Source of the DNA: Candidatus Multivoradales bacterium
GTDB lineage: Bacteria > Acidobacteriota > Thermoanaerobaculia > Multivoradales > J023
Direction: 5' to 3'
Length of the DNA: 64,000 nucleotides
Assembly (NCBI GenBank): GCA_965248925.1
Contig: CBDFLE010000006.1
Location: forward strand, 3,392,001-3,456,000
A program made the translations under genes and the position numbers. Positions 19,850-29,652 of the stretch are shown one piece after another; the stretch's first letter is position 1, and each line of letters begins with the position of its first letter. A model generated the notes under the pieces. That model was not told the origin of the DNA. It saw nothing but the letters and a program-made list of their open reading frames with translations, and did no database searches.

Positions 19850-20854
19850 ATGCCAGAATTGAGGAGCGAGTCCGAAGTCAACAGTTCAATCGTCGAGCAG
19901 GGGGTCAGCAAAGCCGTCTCGACGCCCATCGAAGTCAGCCTGTCGTTCGCCAGCGATGATTTGTCGAAGCCGCGCTGGAGCTTCGTTCGTCCAGAGGTGT
20001 TTGAGTTCGAGGACTACTTGTCGATGGGACCGATGTGGGCCGCCACAGAGGCCGAACAAGCCTACGAGCTGACGATCCATTTGCTGGACCCGAAAGTGCA
20101 GTTCGTATCTGCCGACCTATTTAATTCGACCGACGGTCTGGATCCGGTGAAGTTCTCTATCGGTCCGAGCCGCGCCGAGGTGGGTTGGCCGGGGCTCTCC
20201 GTGAACGGTTGGCAACGCTGGGTGTATCGGCTTTGGGTGCATAGGGAAGGGGTCAAGGATATGCCGGTGCACCTTGCCTTCAGTGCTTCAGACCTGGTTG
20301 CCCGGAGTCAGATCATTGCCCGCATTGCTCGCGGCGTAGGGCAACATGATGGTGGGGCAACCGGTATGGACGAGCCAGCGACAGAGACTCCAACCTTGGC
20401 CACCAAGGTTACGGTGGCCGGAGAATCCGTGCTCTTTCCCACTTGGTACGACTACTCGGGATTGGATTTGCCCGCCGGTCTCAACCTTGAGCCATTGATT
20501 GTCTTCAAGGTCCTCGATCAGGATTTCAAATTCCAGTTCGAAAACCCCCAAGGCTTGTTTGTCGGCACTGATTCAACCGCTTGCAATCGTGGCGGCGTCA
20601 CGGTGCCTCCTGTGTCGCTGATCTGGGAAGGGGTCGATCCACCACCGGTCGGCCCCTGTCCGAACGCGGCCGGGTTCGTCAACAGCACGCTGCGCGATGT
20701 CAAGACACTGGCCCGCGTACTGTGGCACGAGCCTAGCGAGGGAGAGGTCAGGCGAACCTCGAGCTTCTTCTTCAGCTTCTCGAGTTTGGACAGTCCCGAT
20801 CTGGTGCGGCCGATAGATCCGACCATCGTTCACGATCCGGAATTGCCGCCGTAG
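19850..20854 (+). CDS. Hypothetical beta-rich protein ending in IDPTIVHDPELPP
   Basis: 334 aa from ATG behind GGAGGAGG; no signal peptide; no recognised family. Confidence 0.7.
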   Translation: MPELRSESEVNSSIVEQGVSKAVSTPIEVSLSFASDDLSKPRWSFVRPEVFEFEDYLSMGPMWAATEAEQAYELTIHLLDPKVQFVSADLFNSTDGLDPVKFSIGPSRAEVGWPGLSVNGWQRWVYRLWVHREGVKDMPVHLAFSASDLVARSQIIARIARGVGQHDGGATGMDEPATETPTLATKVTVAGESVLFPTWYDYSGLDLPAGLNLEPLIVFKVLDQDFKFQFENPQGLFVGTDSTACNRGGVTVPPVSLIWEGVDPPPVGPCPNAAGFVNSTLRDVKTLARVLWHEPSEGEVRRTSSFFFSFSSLDSPDLVRPIDPTIVHDPELPP

Positions 20855-20858
20855 AGGC

Positions 20859-23800
20859 TTATCTGGATCCCTCGGTGGGGTTGTCGGATCGGAGACGCTG
20901 GCGTAGCTCAGGGTGGTCGCGCAGCGAGTCGAACCACGGTAGATCGAAGGCTCGGGCCGGGTATCCTTGGTCGAGCGCACGGGTGGCGTTGACCAATGCT
21001 GCGGTGCGGTCGCCCACCAGCGTATAGACCAGGGATGCCTCGAAGGCAACTAGACGACTCTCCGGCTCGAGTCTGAGGGCTTCCTGGACCGCTTCGACGG
21101 CTTGGCGCGATTGACCGAGCTGGGCCAGCACCTGGGCTTTGACGGTGAGCTGCTGGGCGTCGTTGGCGGTACTGGTCCTGAGCCGTTCAAGTACCTGGAG
21201 GTAAATCTCGTGGGCGCCGGAGTGATCGCCGAGAAGCTGTTTTACATCGGCTTGATTGAGTTGGTAATAGGGGTTTCCAGGTGCCAGCTCAGCCGCTTTG
21301 TCGAAAGCTGTTCTGGCTTCGTCCAAACGGCCCAGGAGCAGTTGGGCAAAACCCAGATTGGCCCAATCGGTCGATTTCGGTGAGCTGACGAGCAGCTCTT
21401 GGTAGAGGCCGATGGCGCGCTGCGGATTGCGCATTAGCTCGAGATTGGCCAGAAAGGAGAGGCCGTTGCGGCTGCCGGGTGCCCGTTCCAGATAGGCCTC
21501 GATCTGCTCTCGCGCTCGTTCGACATGGCCAAGACTAGAGGCTAGCAAGGCGTAGTTGAAGTGCAGTCCAGCCGATGGCCGACGGTTGACCGCCTCTTGG
21601 TAAAGTTCCAGAGCCGCATTGGTCTGGCCGCGACGCCGTAGCCAACTTGCGCGCAAGCCAAGAGTCTCGGGTTGGGAGGGCCGCAAGACTTCGAGCTGGT
21701 TCAGGGTATCGTCGGCGGCTTCCAATCGACCGATGGAGATCTCGCTGCGCGCCCGTGCCCGCAGCAAGTCGATATCGTCTGGCACCAGCCGCTGACCGCG
21801 GTCGAGGAGGTCGAACAAATGCTCCACCAGGGCCGGATCGTGAGTTTCGTGAAGAATCCTGCGAGCCAGTTCGGCCTCCAGCAGATAGGCGTCGAGAAAG
21901 CTCGGCGCGCGTTGGCGGATCTCGGCTAGTTGGTCGATGTCGGCCAGCTCGGGGGGGCGCTTGCCGAGGGCGAAGTCGCGTTCTAGCCGGAGGAACAAGG
22001 CATAGTCCGCCGCTTCGATTTGCAAGTCGAATCCGGTGCCGCGGGGTGGATACTGGGGGTAGGCTCGGCGCAACAGCGCCGCCAGCGCGCGACTGGCGGC
22101 CAAAGGCCGGTCAGCAGGGATCTCTACTTGTTCGCTCCACACCACTTCACCTTCTGCCGCCAGCAGTCGCACGACCTCGACTCGGCAGGTAGTGGCCGCA
22201 CAGGTAAACGATGAACTCAGCGCCTCATCAGCCGCCAGTGCCCGGGCGACCGCCGCCGGTGGGCCGTTGAGGGCGTCGATCTCGGCGCGGCTCTTGGGCG
22301 AGAGGCCCTGGAGACCCACCACCGCCCGGTCGAGAGCGCCGCGGATGACGAAGGCTTGCCGTTCGCCGATCTCAGTCCCTAACTGGGCCGTGGAACTGGG
22401 CTGGAGTACTACCACCCAGCGCGGTTCCGGAGCGCCGCGCAGCTGCCATCCCCAGGCCGCCAACAGCGCTACTCCGACCCCGGCCACCAAGCCGGCCAGC
22501 AACCAGTAGCGACGATAGGGTTGGGCCGTTTTGGGATCGACCATGGTGGTCGAGCTCCACACTCCAACCGCGGTGCCGTCGGCAGACGATGGTGGTACAG
22601 GCGGACGATCTTCAGGCCCTACTTCACAGAGTTCCAGCGGTTCGTCGAGACCCTTGAGCTGGTAGAGCCCGTGGCTGATCCAGAACAGGGACTGGTCAAT
22701 CTCGTCGTCGGCATAGGCACGTTGAGCGAGGTCGAAGGCACCTCGGGTGAGTAGGGTCTGGCCGGCTTCGGCAAGGGCCATCACCCGTGCCGTGGTGGCT
22801 TTGGCGAGGCCTTCGACCTCTAGAGGCTTGGCCCCTTGGCGAACTTCGTCGGGCGGATTCTCGCGCAGAAAGACCTCTCCCAGGTGGGCGGCCACCCGCG
22901 CTTGGAATTCGACCCCGTAGTGCCGTGAGAGATCGGCCAGAGCGGCGTGGTAGGCGAGGGCGAAACGCACGGCCTCGACCGGTCGACCGAAGAGCAGCAG
23001 AAAACCATCACTCTTGTCGATTTCACGACCGTCGTAGCGGTTTAGCAGGGCTCGGGTATGGCGATCGTGGAGTTCGTTGAGCTCCATTGCTTGGCGATCG
23101 CCCAAGGCACTCACCAGTTCGGTGCTGTGTACCAGGTCGGTCAATAGCAGAGTGCGGATGCTCTTGGTCGAGGAACTCGGTGGCAATCTGGTGGTCACCG
23201 GGCCTGTGGCGGCACGGGCGATCACTTCGAGCTGCTCAGCCACCAGCCCGGCACTGGATGGGCGTCGCTGCGGATCTTTGCGCATCAGCTGTTCGATCAA
23301 GTCACTCAGCGCCGCGGGCAAGATCACTAGCTCGTTGGGTGAGCGCGGGCGGTGTTCGAGCACCCGGGCCAAGGTGGAGGCGTCATTGCTGCCCAAGAAC
23401 GGCGACTGGCCGGCCAGCATTTCGTAGAGCAAGACGCCGAAGGAAAACAGGTCTGAGCGTTCGTCGACCTGATTGCCGCGGGCTTGCTCGGGCGACATCG
23501 CGCGATAGGTGCCGGGTAGGGCACCTTCTTGGGTCAGCTGCTCCTCTGACATTTCGCTCAGCAGCAGGCGGGCGATGCCGAAGTCCGTGATTTTGGCGCC
23601 AGCGTCTTCGTCGAGGAGGATATTTTCGCTCTTCAAATCGCGATGGATCACCCCGTGGCGGTGGGCATAGGCCAGGCCCCGAGCCACCGCAATGGCGATC
23701 TCCAACCCTTCTTCGACCGGCAGCGCGCCGCGTTCGTCGAGCAGCTGGCGTAGGCTGGGGCCGGCGATGTGCTCCATCACGATGTGCTGCTCGTCGCCCT

Positions 23801-24041
23801 CGGTGAGCAGGTCGAAGATCTGCACGATCGCCGGGTGGGCGAGACCCGCCGCCAGCCGAGCTTCCCGCTTGAAGCGCGCTCGGCGCAGCGTGGTATCGCC
23901 ACCCTCGGTGTGGATTCGCTTGATCGCCACCCGCCGTTCGAGCCGCGGATCGTAGGCCAGCAAGACCTCTCCCATGCCCCCTGAGCCCAGGCGGCTGAGG
24001 ACGCGGTACGGACCAAGGGTTTCGGCGGCGTCGCGGTTCAC
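20859..24041 (-). CDS. Ser/Thr protein kinase - class III nucleotide cyclase-like - TM - TPR fusion
   Basis: Kinase motifs GSGGMGEV, VAIK, HRDLKSEN, DFG, MSPEQ; cyclase-like LLLTDLVHST...IDKSDGFLLLF...HLGEV...EGLAKATTARV; TM WLLAGLVAGVGVALLAAW; TPRs; AAGGAG RBS. Confidence 0.9.
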   Translation of the reverse strand: MNRDAAETLGPYRVLSRLGSGGMGEVLLAYDPRLERRVAIKRIHTEGGDTTLRRARFKREARLAAGLAHPAIVQIFDLLTEGDEQHIVMEHIAGPSLRQLLDERGALPVEEGLEIAIAVARGLAYAHRHGVIHRDLKSENILLDEDAGAKITDFGIARLLLSEMSEEQLTQEGALPGTYRAMSPEQARGNQVDERSDLFSFGVLLYEMLAGQSPFLGSNDASTLARVLEHRPRSPNELVILPAALSDLIEQLMRKDPQRRPSSAGLVAEQLEVIARAATGPVTTRLPPSSSTKSIRTLLLTDLVHSTELVSALGDRQAMELNELHDRHTRALLNRYDGREIDKSDGFLLLFGRPVEAVRFALAYHAALADLSRHYGVEFQARVAAHLGEVFLRENPPDEVRQGAKPLEVEGLAKATTARVMALAEAGQTLLTRGAFDLAQRAYADDEIDQSLFWISHGLYQLKGLDEPLELCEVGPEDRPPVPPSSADGTAVGVWSSTTMVDPKTAQPYRRYWLLAGLVAGVGVALLAAWGWQLRGAPEPRWVVVLQPSSTAQLGTEIGERQAFVIRGALDRAVVGLQGLSPKSRAEIDALNGPPAAVARALAADEALSSSFTCAATTCRVEVVRLLAAEGEVVWSEQVEIPADRPLAASRALAALLRRAYPQYPPRGTGFDLQIEAADYALFLRLERDFALGKRPPELADIDQLAEIRQRAPSFLDAYLLEAELARRILHETHDPALVEHLFDLLDRGQRLVPDDIDLLRARARSEISIGRLEAADDTLNQLEVLRPSQPETLGLRASWLRRRGQTNAALELYQEAVNRRPSAGLHFNYALLASSLGHVERAREQIEAYLERAPGSRNGLSFLANLELMRNPQRAIGLYQELLVSSPKSTDWANLGFAQLLLGRLDEARTAFDKAAELAPGNPYYQLNQADVKQLLGDHSGAHEIYLQVLERLRTSTANDAQQLTVKAQVLAQLGQSRQAVEAVQEALRLEPESRLVAFEASLVYTLVGDRTAALVNATRALDQGYPARAFDLPWFDSLRDHPELRQRLRSDNPTEGSR

Positions 24042-24471
24042 GGTAAATCTGGCTCCTTGAGATTGGAACCATTCTAGTGATCCTTGGCGTCTGGCGGGGG
24101 AGGGATGCGGGCCGAAGCCACTCAGCCGTTTCTGGTGCTAGGGATGATGAAGCGGCAGAGGCTCAGGCGCTGCTGCCGGATGTCTCCGTGGATTTCGATG
24201 GTCCACAGGTACTTGCCCGCAGCAGCCTGTTCGGTCTCGCGCAGCAGCTTGGCGTGTTGCTCATTGCTTTCCGGTGAGTGAGTTCCTGGGCGGTGGGCTT
24301 TGAGTGTCGGTGGTGATGGCTGCCGGCCGAGGTGTCCAGGGAATCGCGGTTCACAACACCACAGTTTCACTTCCACGAGCATTCAATCGGTGATGAGGAC
24401 TCTGGCACAGGTGAGTTTCCCGCTCTATCAAACGGCGGTGCCTGGCGCCCAGCCGGTCCTCTTCGATACCT

Positions 24472-24948
24472 TCACTGGCGATGGTGATCGGACAGACAAG
24501 GGGTGCTGCCGCTGAGGCTCAGCCGGCCGGTCTTGAGGCCGATCGACATCTCACCATAGTAGTTGTCGAAGTTAGTAGAGATCCAAGGCAGTGCAGAGTG
24601 CGGGTGGTGACGAACTTCCAAACCCATTTGGCGCCAAAGTTCTTCGACTCGCGCCAAAGCGGCCAGTGGCTCGGCGTTGTCGCCGAGTTCTGCTTGCAGG
24701 GTCAGTCGAGTGGTCGAGCTGGTGGTCAGGCCGCCATCGGCGCCGGTGCAGGTAGTGGTCTTGTAGGGGGGCTGCTGTGTCTCGACATTCCGAACGTCGT
24801 CGAGCGAGTTCAGCGCCTGTTGCAGGAAGCTCTGTAGACGGTCGACGGCGGTGTCGCGGTCTGGAGGAGTGGACATGGTGGCGCAAGCTCCGCTAGTGAG
24901 GACCAGAATTAAGAAGATCGTGCGGCTGAGCGTTATCGGTCGTCGCAT
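24472..24948 (-). CDS. Putative lipoprotein (LppA-like; candidate immunity protein)
   Basis: MRR + hydrophobic stretch + SGAC lipobox-like; VEELWRQMGLEV and C-terminal STPC. Confidence 0.65.
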   Translation of the reverse strand: MRRPITLSRTIFLILVLTSGACATMSTPPDRDTAVDRLQSFLQQALNSLDDVRNVETQQPPYKTTTCTGADGGLTTSSTTRLTLQAELGDNAEPLAALARVEELWRQMGLEVRHHPHSALPWISTNFDNYYGEMSIGLKTGRLSLSGSTPCLSDHHRQ

Positions 24949-24970
24949 GGCTGGGTTCAGTAGTGAAAGT

Positions 24971-26359
24971 TCAGTCGATATTCAGCTGAATGCTTGCCAG
25001 GTTGTGCAGCGATTGGTCGGTGAAGTATTGCCCGTGGCCCTTGGCAGCGCCGGTATCGAAGCTCATCGCACCGAAGCCGGCATTCGAAGGATCGGGGCCA
25101 AGGACCCAGCCAGGTGTAAGGCCGATGATATCGGCCTTTGCCTTAGCGGCGTAGATCTCGGTGCTGGCGGCGAAGCCGAGTTCTGCGGCGGTCGGTGCGC
25201 CAACTCCGGGGCTGCCGACGAAGACGATCGACTCGGCGTCGAGCCCCTGACCTCCCGACATGCCGGTGACCAACGAACCATAGCTGTGGCCGATCACCGT
25301 CAGGTGTGGATCGTGGGGCAGGGTCAGTTCGAGTCCTGCAACGAAGCGTGGCAGAGCGACGGCGGCAACCCGTGCCGCCGATTTCGAAGTAGCGTCTGGG
25401 ATCAGTCGGTCGGGAGTGTCGTAACCGAGCCAGGAGATCGAAGCGACCTCCTGCTCCGGGCGGCCGAGCTGGTGGCTGAGTTCGGCGGCTTTGCTTTGCA
25501 GATTGGCGGCGAACTGCTCCAGCCCACCGTTGTTCTTCACCCCCTGGTAGTTGTTCAGGTCGTTGGTGATGCCGGGCACGATGATCGCCACATGATCGGC
25601 GAGGTCGAGGTTGCCCTTGACCTCGGCGATGCGCCCATCGCCGGAGGGATCGAAGAGCAGGAAATCCCGATCCGGGTCGGTCCAACTCTGCCGCACCTCG
25701 ATCTTGTCGCCGAGCCGTTTGGAGAGCCGGCTCTGGCCGTCGAGGATCTGCTGTTGCTGCGGTTCCAGATGCGCCCGGCTCGAGAACCGCTCGATCCAGG
25801 TGTTGGCCTGGCGCAACTGGTCGTTGAAGTGTGGCAAGACCTCGTCGAGATGGTCTTGAATAAGCACCTTGTTGGCCTGATACCGAAGCTCGTAAGGGGC
25901 GCCATCTAGCGCGCCGACGATTTCGGGATGGCGATCGGTGAAGCCGACTTGCTGTTCCTGGCTCAAGCCGTCGAAGAACGACTTGGCGTCCGTTGGAGCG
26001 ACATGGCCGGTGTCGACCGGAGCACCCGCCGTGGGAGGTAGGGCGGTGGGGATCTGACCCAGAAAATCTAACTGCGGCTTGGCGAAGCCGAGTTCCCAAG
26101 CGGTTTGCAGCGGAGTGAACCTGCCGCTGGTGACCGCTGTCGAGCTTGGCATTTGGGAGGCGGGGGAACTCAGCGGGTCGTTCAGCTGATCGAACAGGCT
26201 GGTGGTGGCACGCTCGAAGGTAACGGCCGGCTCGGCGGCTTGTCCGCTGCCGGCGGCCGCCGGGCTTTCACCGGCTGAGGAGTCAAAAGGTTCGCTGGCC
26301 GAAGTGTCGTCGGTGGAGGCGACGCTGTGCGGCTCGGGGGTAGGCGCATCGATCTGCAT
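24971..26359 (-). CDS. Alpha/beta hydrolase (Abhydrolase_8/DUF1023-like) with low-complexity N-terminus
   Basis: GNLDLADHVAIIVPG, WLGYDTP, GHSYGS, VGSPGVG, DIIG and GHGQYF motifs; GGAGGT RBS. Confidence 0.88.
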   Translation of the reverse strand: MQIDAPTPEPHSVASTDDTSASEPFDSSAGESPAAAGSGQAAEPAVTFERATTSLFDQLNDPLSSPASQMPSSTAVTSGRFTPLQTAWELGFAKPQLDFLGQIPTALPPTAGAPVDTGHVAPTDAKSFFDGLSQEQQVGFTDRHPEIVGALDGAPYELRYQANKVLIQDHLDEVLPHFNDQLRQANTWIERFSSRAHLEPQQQQILDGQSRLSKRLGDKIEVRQSWTDPDRDFLLFDPSGDGRIAEVKGNLDLADHVAIIVPGITNDLNNYQGVKNNGGLEQFAANLQSKAAELSHQLGRPEQEVASISWLGYDTPDRLIPDATSKSAARVAAVALPRFVAGLELTLPHDPHLTVIGHSYGSLVTGMSGGQGLDAESIVFVGSPGVGAPTAAELGFAASTEIYAAKAKADIIGLTPGWVLGPDPSNAGFGAMSFDTGAAKGHGQYFTDQSLHNLASIQLNID

Positions 26360-26449
26360 GAGACCTCCAGGTTGTGAATTCGTGATGCAGTCTCAGGTCA
26401 CCGGGCTCTGGCCGCGGTTTGGCCCGCGGGTTCAGCCTTTGTTGGAAGT

Positions 26450-26474
26450 GTACGGACTCAGGAGTAGAAGGTTC
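26450..26474 (-). promoter_or_regulatory. Putative ECF sigma promoter GAACC-N15-CGTAC
   Basis: Fits AAC-N16-CGT ECF architecture ~90 nt upstream of the hydrolase; same motif at 32570. Confidence 0.5.
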
Positions 26475-27386
26475 TGGCCGGCCCATCCTCAGATGGAGTA
26501 ACGGCTTCTGGACTCGGAACGGACCCATCAGGGTGGGGTATTGGCCGTCGCTCTGGGTCGGTGCTCGCTGGCGGAAATAGTAGTCTTGGTGCGTGATACC
26601 AGATTTTGCCTGAGACTATTTGAGGAAACCGCAACGAATCGCTGACCCAGCCTCTGCGGCAGATCAGCGAGGCGATCAACGACTTTCCCCTTGGAAATGG
26701 TGGCAGGTGATGCACTGGCCGGCGCAGTGATAGTCAGTTGCTGGGTGTCGACTGTAAGCGCACCGAGTTCCCGCGGATGACGCCGCCGATCCGCATTGCG
26801 ATCGAAAACCTCCCTCGGGGCCCGAAGTGGCTGGTGACCGTACACCGGCTGGATTATTAGTTCTTGGGTTAGCAGGCCGAACCCGTCTGACCCAACCTGC
26901 AGGCGACCGGCGCACCTCAGTCCAATGGCGGCGCCAGTCACTTCTGAGGTGGTAGGTCTTCGCTGATCAAGGCTGAGAAGCCGACTGAGACGTGGCAGGG
27001 CGAGGACATACCTGGACGCTGAGATTCAACCAATCGGGTTGTCGCGGGAGTTGGCAGTCGTTTCTCGGCCGCCCGCCTTGGCCGGTTTTGGCAGAGCGAA
27101 ATCGAAACGGAAGTTTCTGCTATCCGCATGGGGGATTCCCTGATCGACTTGCGCTGTAGCCGATGTAACTCACCACGCTGTCCAGAACGCAGCAGCGCAA
27201 CTCGCGAGAGTGGAGTGTCGGCTGCGATGTCTGCAAGCGACTACTCGGACTAGTGAGAGTGGCTTGGCAGGAGCATCTCACACTAGACTAAACTCCTGGC
27301 GCCTGCCGCCCGTTGAGGCTGTTCTGACCCGAGTCGCCGTACTAATCGAGACGGGATTTCCGGCCAACGGTCCCGGTAACAGCATC

Positions 27387-27839
27387 ATGCCGATCGTGAA
27401 CGAACTCGCGAGTGTCTCGAAAGCACTGGTGAGCTGTTCTGAGAGACTGGCAGATGCCCGCGACGGGCAGGCCGATCTGCGGACTCTGACCGCCACCCTA
27501 GCAGCGCGGTGCGATACGGCCCTCAATGTATGCACCGCGAACTTCCGCGAGCATCTTCTGGAGGCAGCTACGGAGAACCGCGCATTGAAGCAATCTGTGA
27601 GTAAGAAGTTGGCGACGCAAAACGGAGCCATCGAGGGGCTGGACAAGAAGTTGGATGGCGTCTCGGATGCCCTTGCTTTCGTGGGTCAAGATACGCGGGA
27701 TCTTTGCCAGGGTATCGAGGTGCTGGGTCTGGTTGGTGAATCCCAAGCCAACCGAAATGCTGCTGAGAGGATGAGGGAGTTCTTTGTGGGGTCCGACCTG
27801 AGAGTTGATCTGTCCTGCAGAAAGAGGGGCACCGGCTGA
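27387..27839 (+). CDS. Hypothetical helical/coiled-coil protein (start uncertain)
   Basis: Amphipathic helical sequence (ENRALKQSVSKKL...IEGLDKKLDGV); no clear RBS. Confidence 0.4.
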   Translation: MPIVNELASVSKALVSCSERLADARDGQADLRTLTATLAARCDTALNVCTANFREHLLEAATENRALKQSVSKKLATQNGAIEGLDKKLDGVSDALAFVGQDTRDLCQGIEVLGLVGESQANRNAAERMREFFVGSDLRVDLSCRKRGTG

Positions 27840-27888
27840 GGCGCTGCTACGCGCCTGCAGCCGAGCCAGGCCGAGGAGTCGGGTCGTC

Positions 27889-29277
27889 TCAGAGGAAGCG
27901 GTGTACGATCGGGCAGTTGATGATGATGCCCGAGGAGCCGTATTCGGTGCCGCCGGGGCCGGTGACGAAGCCGAATTCGACGAAGCTCAAGATTTGGAAT
28001 TCGTCGATCAGCCGGGCACGGTAACCGGCATCGATTGCCTCTTGGGTCCATTCGCCGAGGTTGAGGTCCCACAGTGGGCTGTAGTCACCTGCAACGGTCG
28101 GAATGCCGCCGAGGGTGTTGAACGGCGGTGCGCCATCAGTGACTGCCGCTTCGAAGCCCTGGCGGTGTGGATTGTCGCAACCGCGGGGGCCGTTGGTGAA
28201 GCCGAAGATCCGCTCGACCGCGCTGAACAGGCTGTCGTCGTTGCCCACCGTAATGTCCTCGAGGCCCGGAGCATAGGTCGCCCCTTCGAGCGCCGCCGCG
28301 AGCGGCAGATTGGTTTCGGTGGAGAGATAGAGCACCGGCCGGCCGAAACTCTGACCCGGCACCAAGTCGAGGGTCACGTCGCCGGCGAAGGGCCGGATCT
28401 GCGCTACCGAGTCGTGGACTTTGGCATAGTCGACGTCGCCATTGGCCAGCCGCAGGGCGTTGGCCGGCGTCCCGAAGGCGATCACCGGCAGGTTGTAGAT
28501 GTGGCCCCCGGCGTTCTCGATCCGCACCAGCGGGGTGTAGAAGCTATCGCCCACCGAGCCGGGCTGGGCGACGACCGGAGGAAACGGCGTCGGCTCGGCG
28601 GCCGCCACCACCTCGCGCACCGGTGAGAAATCGACCGTACCCGCTTCGAAGATCAGCTCACCATCCGCCCCTAGGGTCGCGTTGCGAACACCCCGGCCGG
28701 TTTCGGCAAAAGCCAGCTTGGCTGAGAAGTTGATCCCCAGCGACTCGGCATTGGCGGCATCGGTGGTGTCGGTGGCGATAAAGAACACCGGCTCGTTGGT
28801 TCCCGCCATCCGACCGCGATAAAGGGGTAGCTGGATGGTCCGCCGCCGGGTGTCGAGCTGACCCGAGGTCAGCAGCTGGACCGGGCCCACCAGCGATGGG
28901 TTGGCGGTCGGACTCGGCACCCCGAAGTAAGTTTCCGGAACGTTGGCGCCGATCGCCGGCGACGACGGCTCGATCCGGCAACCGGGCTGCGGCACAACTT
29001 CTTCGTCGACCTCTTCGGTTTCGCTGGTTTGGAAGAAGCTATCGGCACTCTTGGCCACCGCGCCGATTTCGGCCTGGGCCAGTCCGCGAAGCTTGAACTG
29101 GGGCAGATCACCGCCGGCAATCGCCTCCGCCATCGCTGCCTTGTCCAGCGGTGGCGAATCGGTCAGCTGCAGTGCCCTACCGGAGCCCTGGGCGAAAGCG
29201 GTCGCCGGCAGCAGTAACGCCGTGCAGGCGATCGAGACAAAGAAGAGGTTCTTGAGCGAACGAATTGGTAGGGTCAT
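27889..29277 (-). CDS. Secreted conserved hypothetical protein (DUF7482-like, from recall)
   Basis: Signal peptide ending ATAFA; repeated YTPLVR and YSPLWD motifs; C-terminal INCPIV; GGAG RBS. Confidence 0.75.
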   Translation of the reverse strand: MTLPIRSLKNLFFVSIACTALLLPATAFAQGSGRALQLTDSPPLDKAAMAEAIAGGDLPQFKLRGLAQAEIGAVAKSADSFFQTSETEEVDEEVVPQPGCRIEPSSPAIGANVPETYFGVPSPTANPSLVGPVQLLTSGQLDTRRRTIQLPLYRGRMAGTNEPVFFIATDTTDAANAESLGINFSAKLAFAETGRGVRNATLGADGELIFEAGTVDFSPVREVVAAAEPTPFPPVVAQPGSVGDSFYTPLVRIENAGGHIYNLPVIAFGTPANALRLANGDVDYAKVHDSVAQIRPFAGDVTLDLVPGQSFGRPVLYLSTETNLPLAAALEGATYAPGLEDITVGNDDSLFSAVERIFGFTNGPRGCDNPHRQGFEAAVTDGAPPFNTLGGIPTVAGDYSPLWDLNLGEWTQEAIDAGYRARLIDEFQILSFVEFGFVTGPGGTEYGSSGIIINCPIVHRFL

Positions 29278-29434
29278 TGAATTCTCCGAGCTAGTTTGAG
29301 TAGATCATTTGGACTCAGAGCCGACCTCGGCCCTGCGATTCGCCACCCTAGAGAGCACAGCTCACGAAACCATGGCGAAACCTTCACCAACGATCACTTT
29401 TCGGTAACCCTTGATCAACACTGGTTCCCACGAG

Positions 29435-29468
29435 CCACGGTATTTCGTGGAGTCACGAAATACCGTGG
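29435..29468. promoter_or_regulatory. Perfect 15-bp inverted repeat; probable enhancer (UAS) for a sigma54 activator
   Basis: CCACGGTATTTCGTG-gagt-CACGAAATACCGTGG, ~90 bp upstream of a -24/-12 box. Confidence 0.75.
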
Positions 29469-29559
29469 GGGAACAGCTCAAGCCACGGCCCTGGCATACA
29501 CCTACGGATTTCGCCTCAAACTACTCATTGGAAAAGGGTTGCCTCTCCTATGGCGCAGC

Positions 29560-29575
29560 TGGCACCGGCCTTGCT
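29560..29575 (+). promoter_or_regulatory. Sigma54 -24/-12 promoter
   Basis: TGGCACCGGCCTTGCT with exact GG-N10-GC spacing. Confidence 0.85.
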
Positions 29576-29652
29576 GTGCTCTCCTTGCGTTCACTACCGA
29601 ACGCTCACAATTTGCAGCCCGGTGGAACTTACCGACCGAAAGGAAAAAAACC

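Noticed and set aside
24122-24382. Small ORFs upstream of the kinase-cyclase as RiPP precursors
   Set aside because: No NHLP-like leader, no RBS and no modification enzymes nearby
29296-29652. N-terminal extension of the redoxin in the ORF track
   Set aside because: It spans the enhancer and sigma54 promoter; the RBS supports ATG 29653
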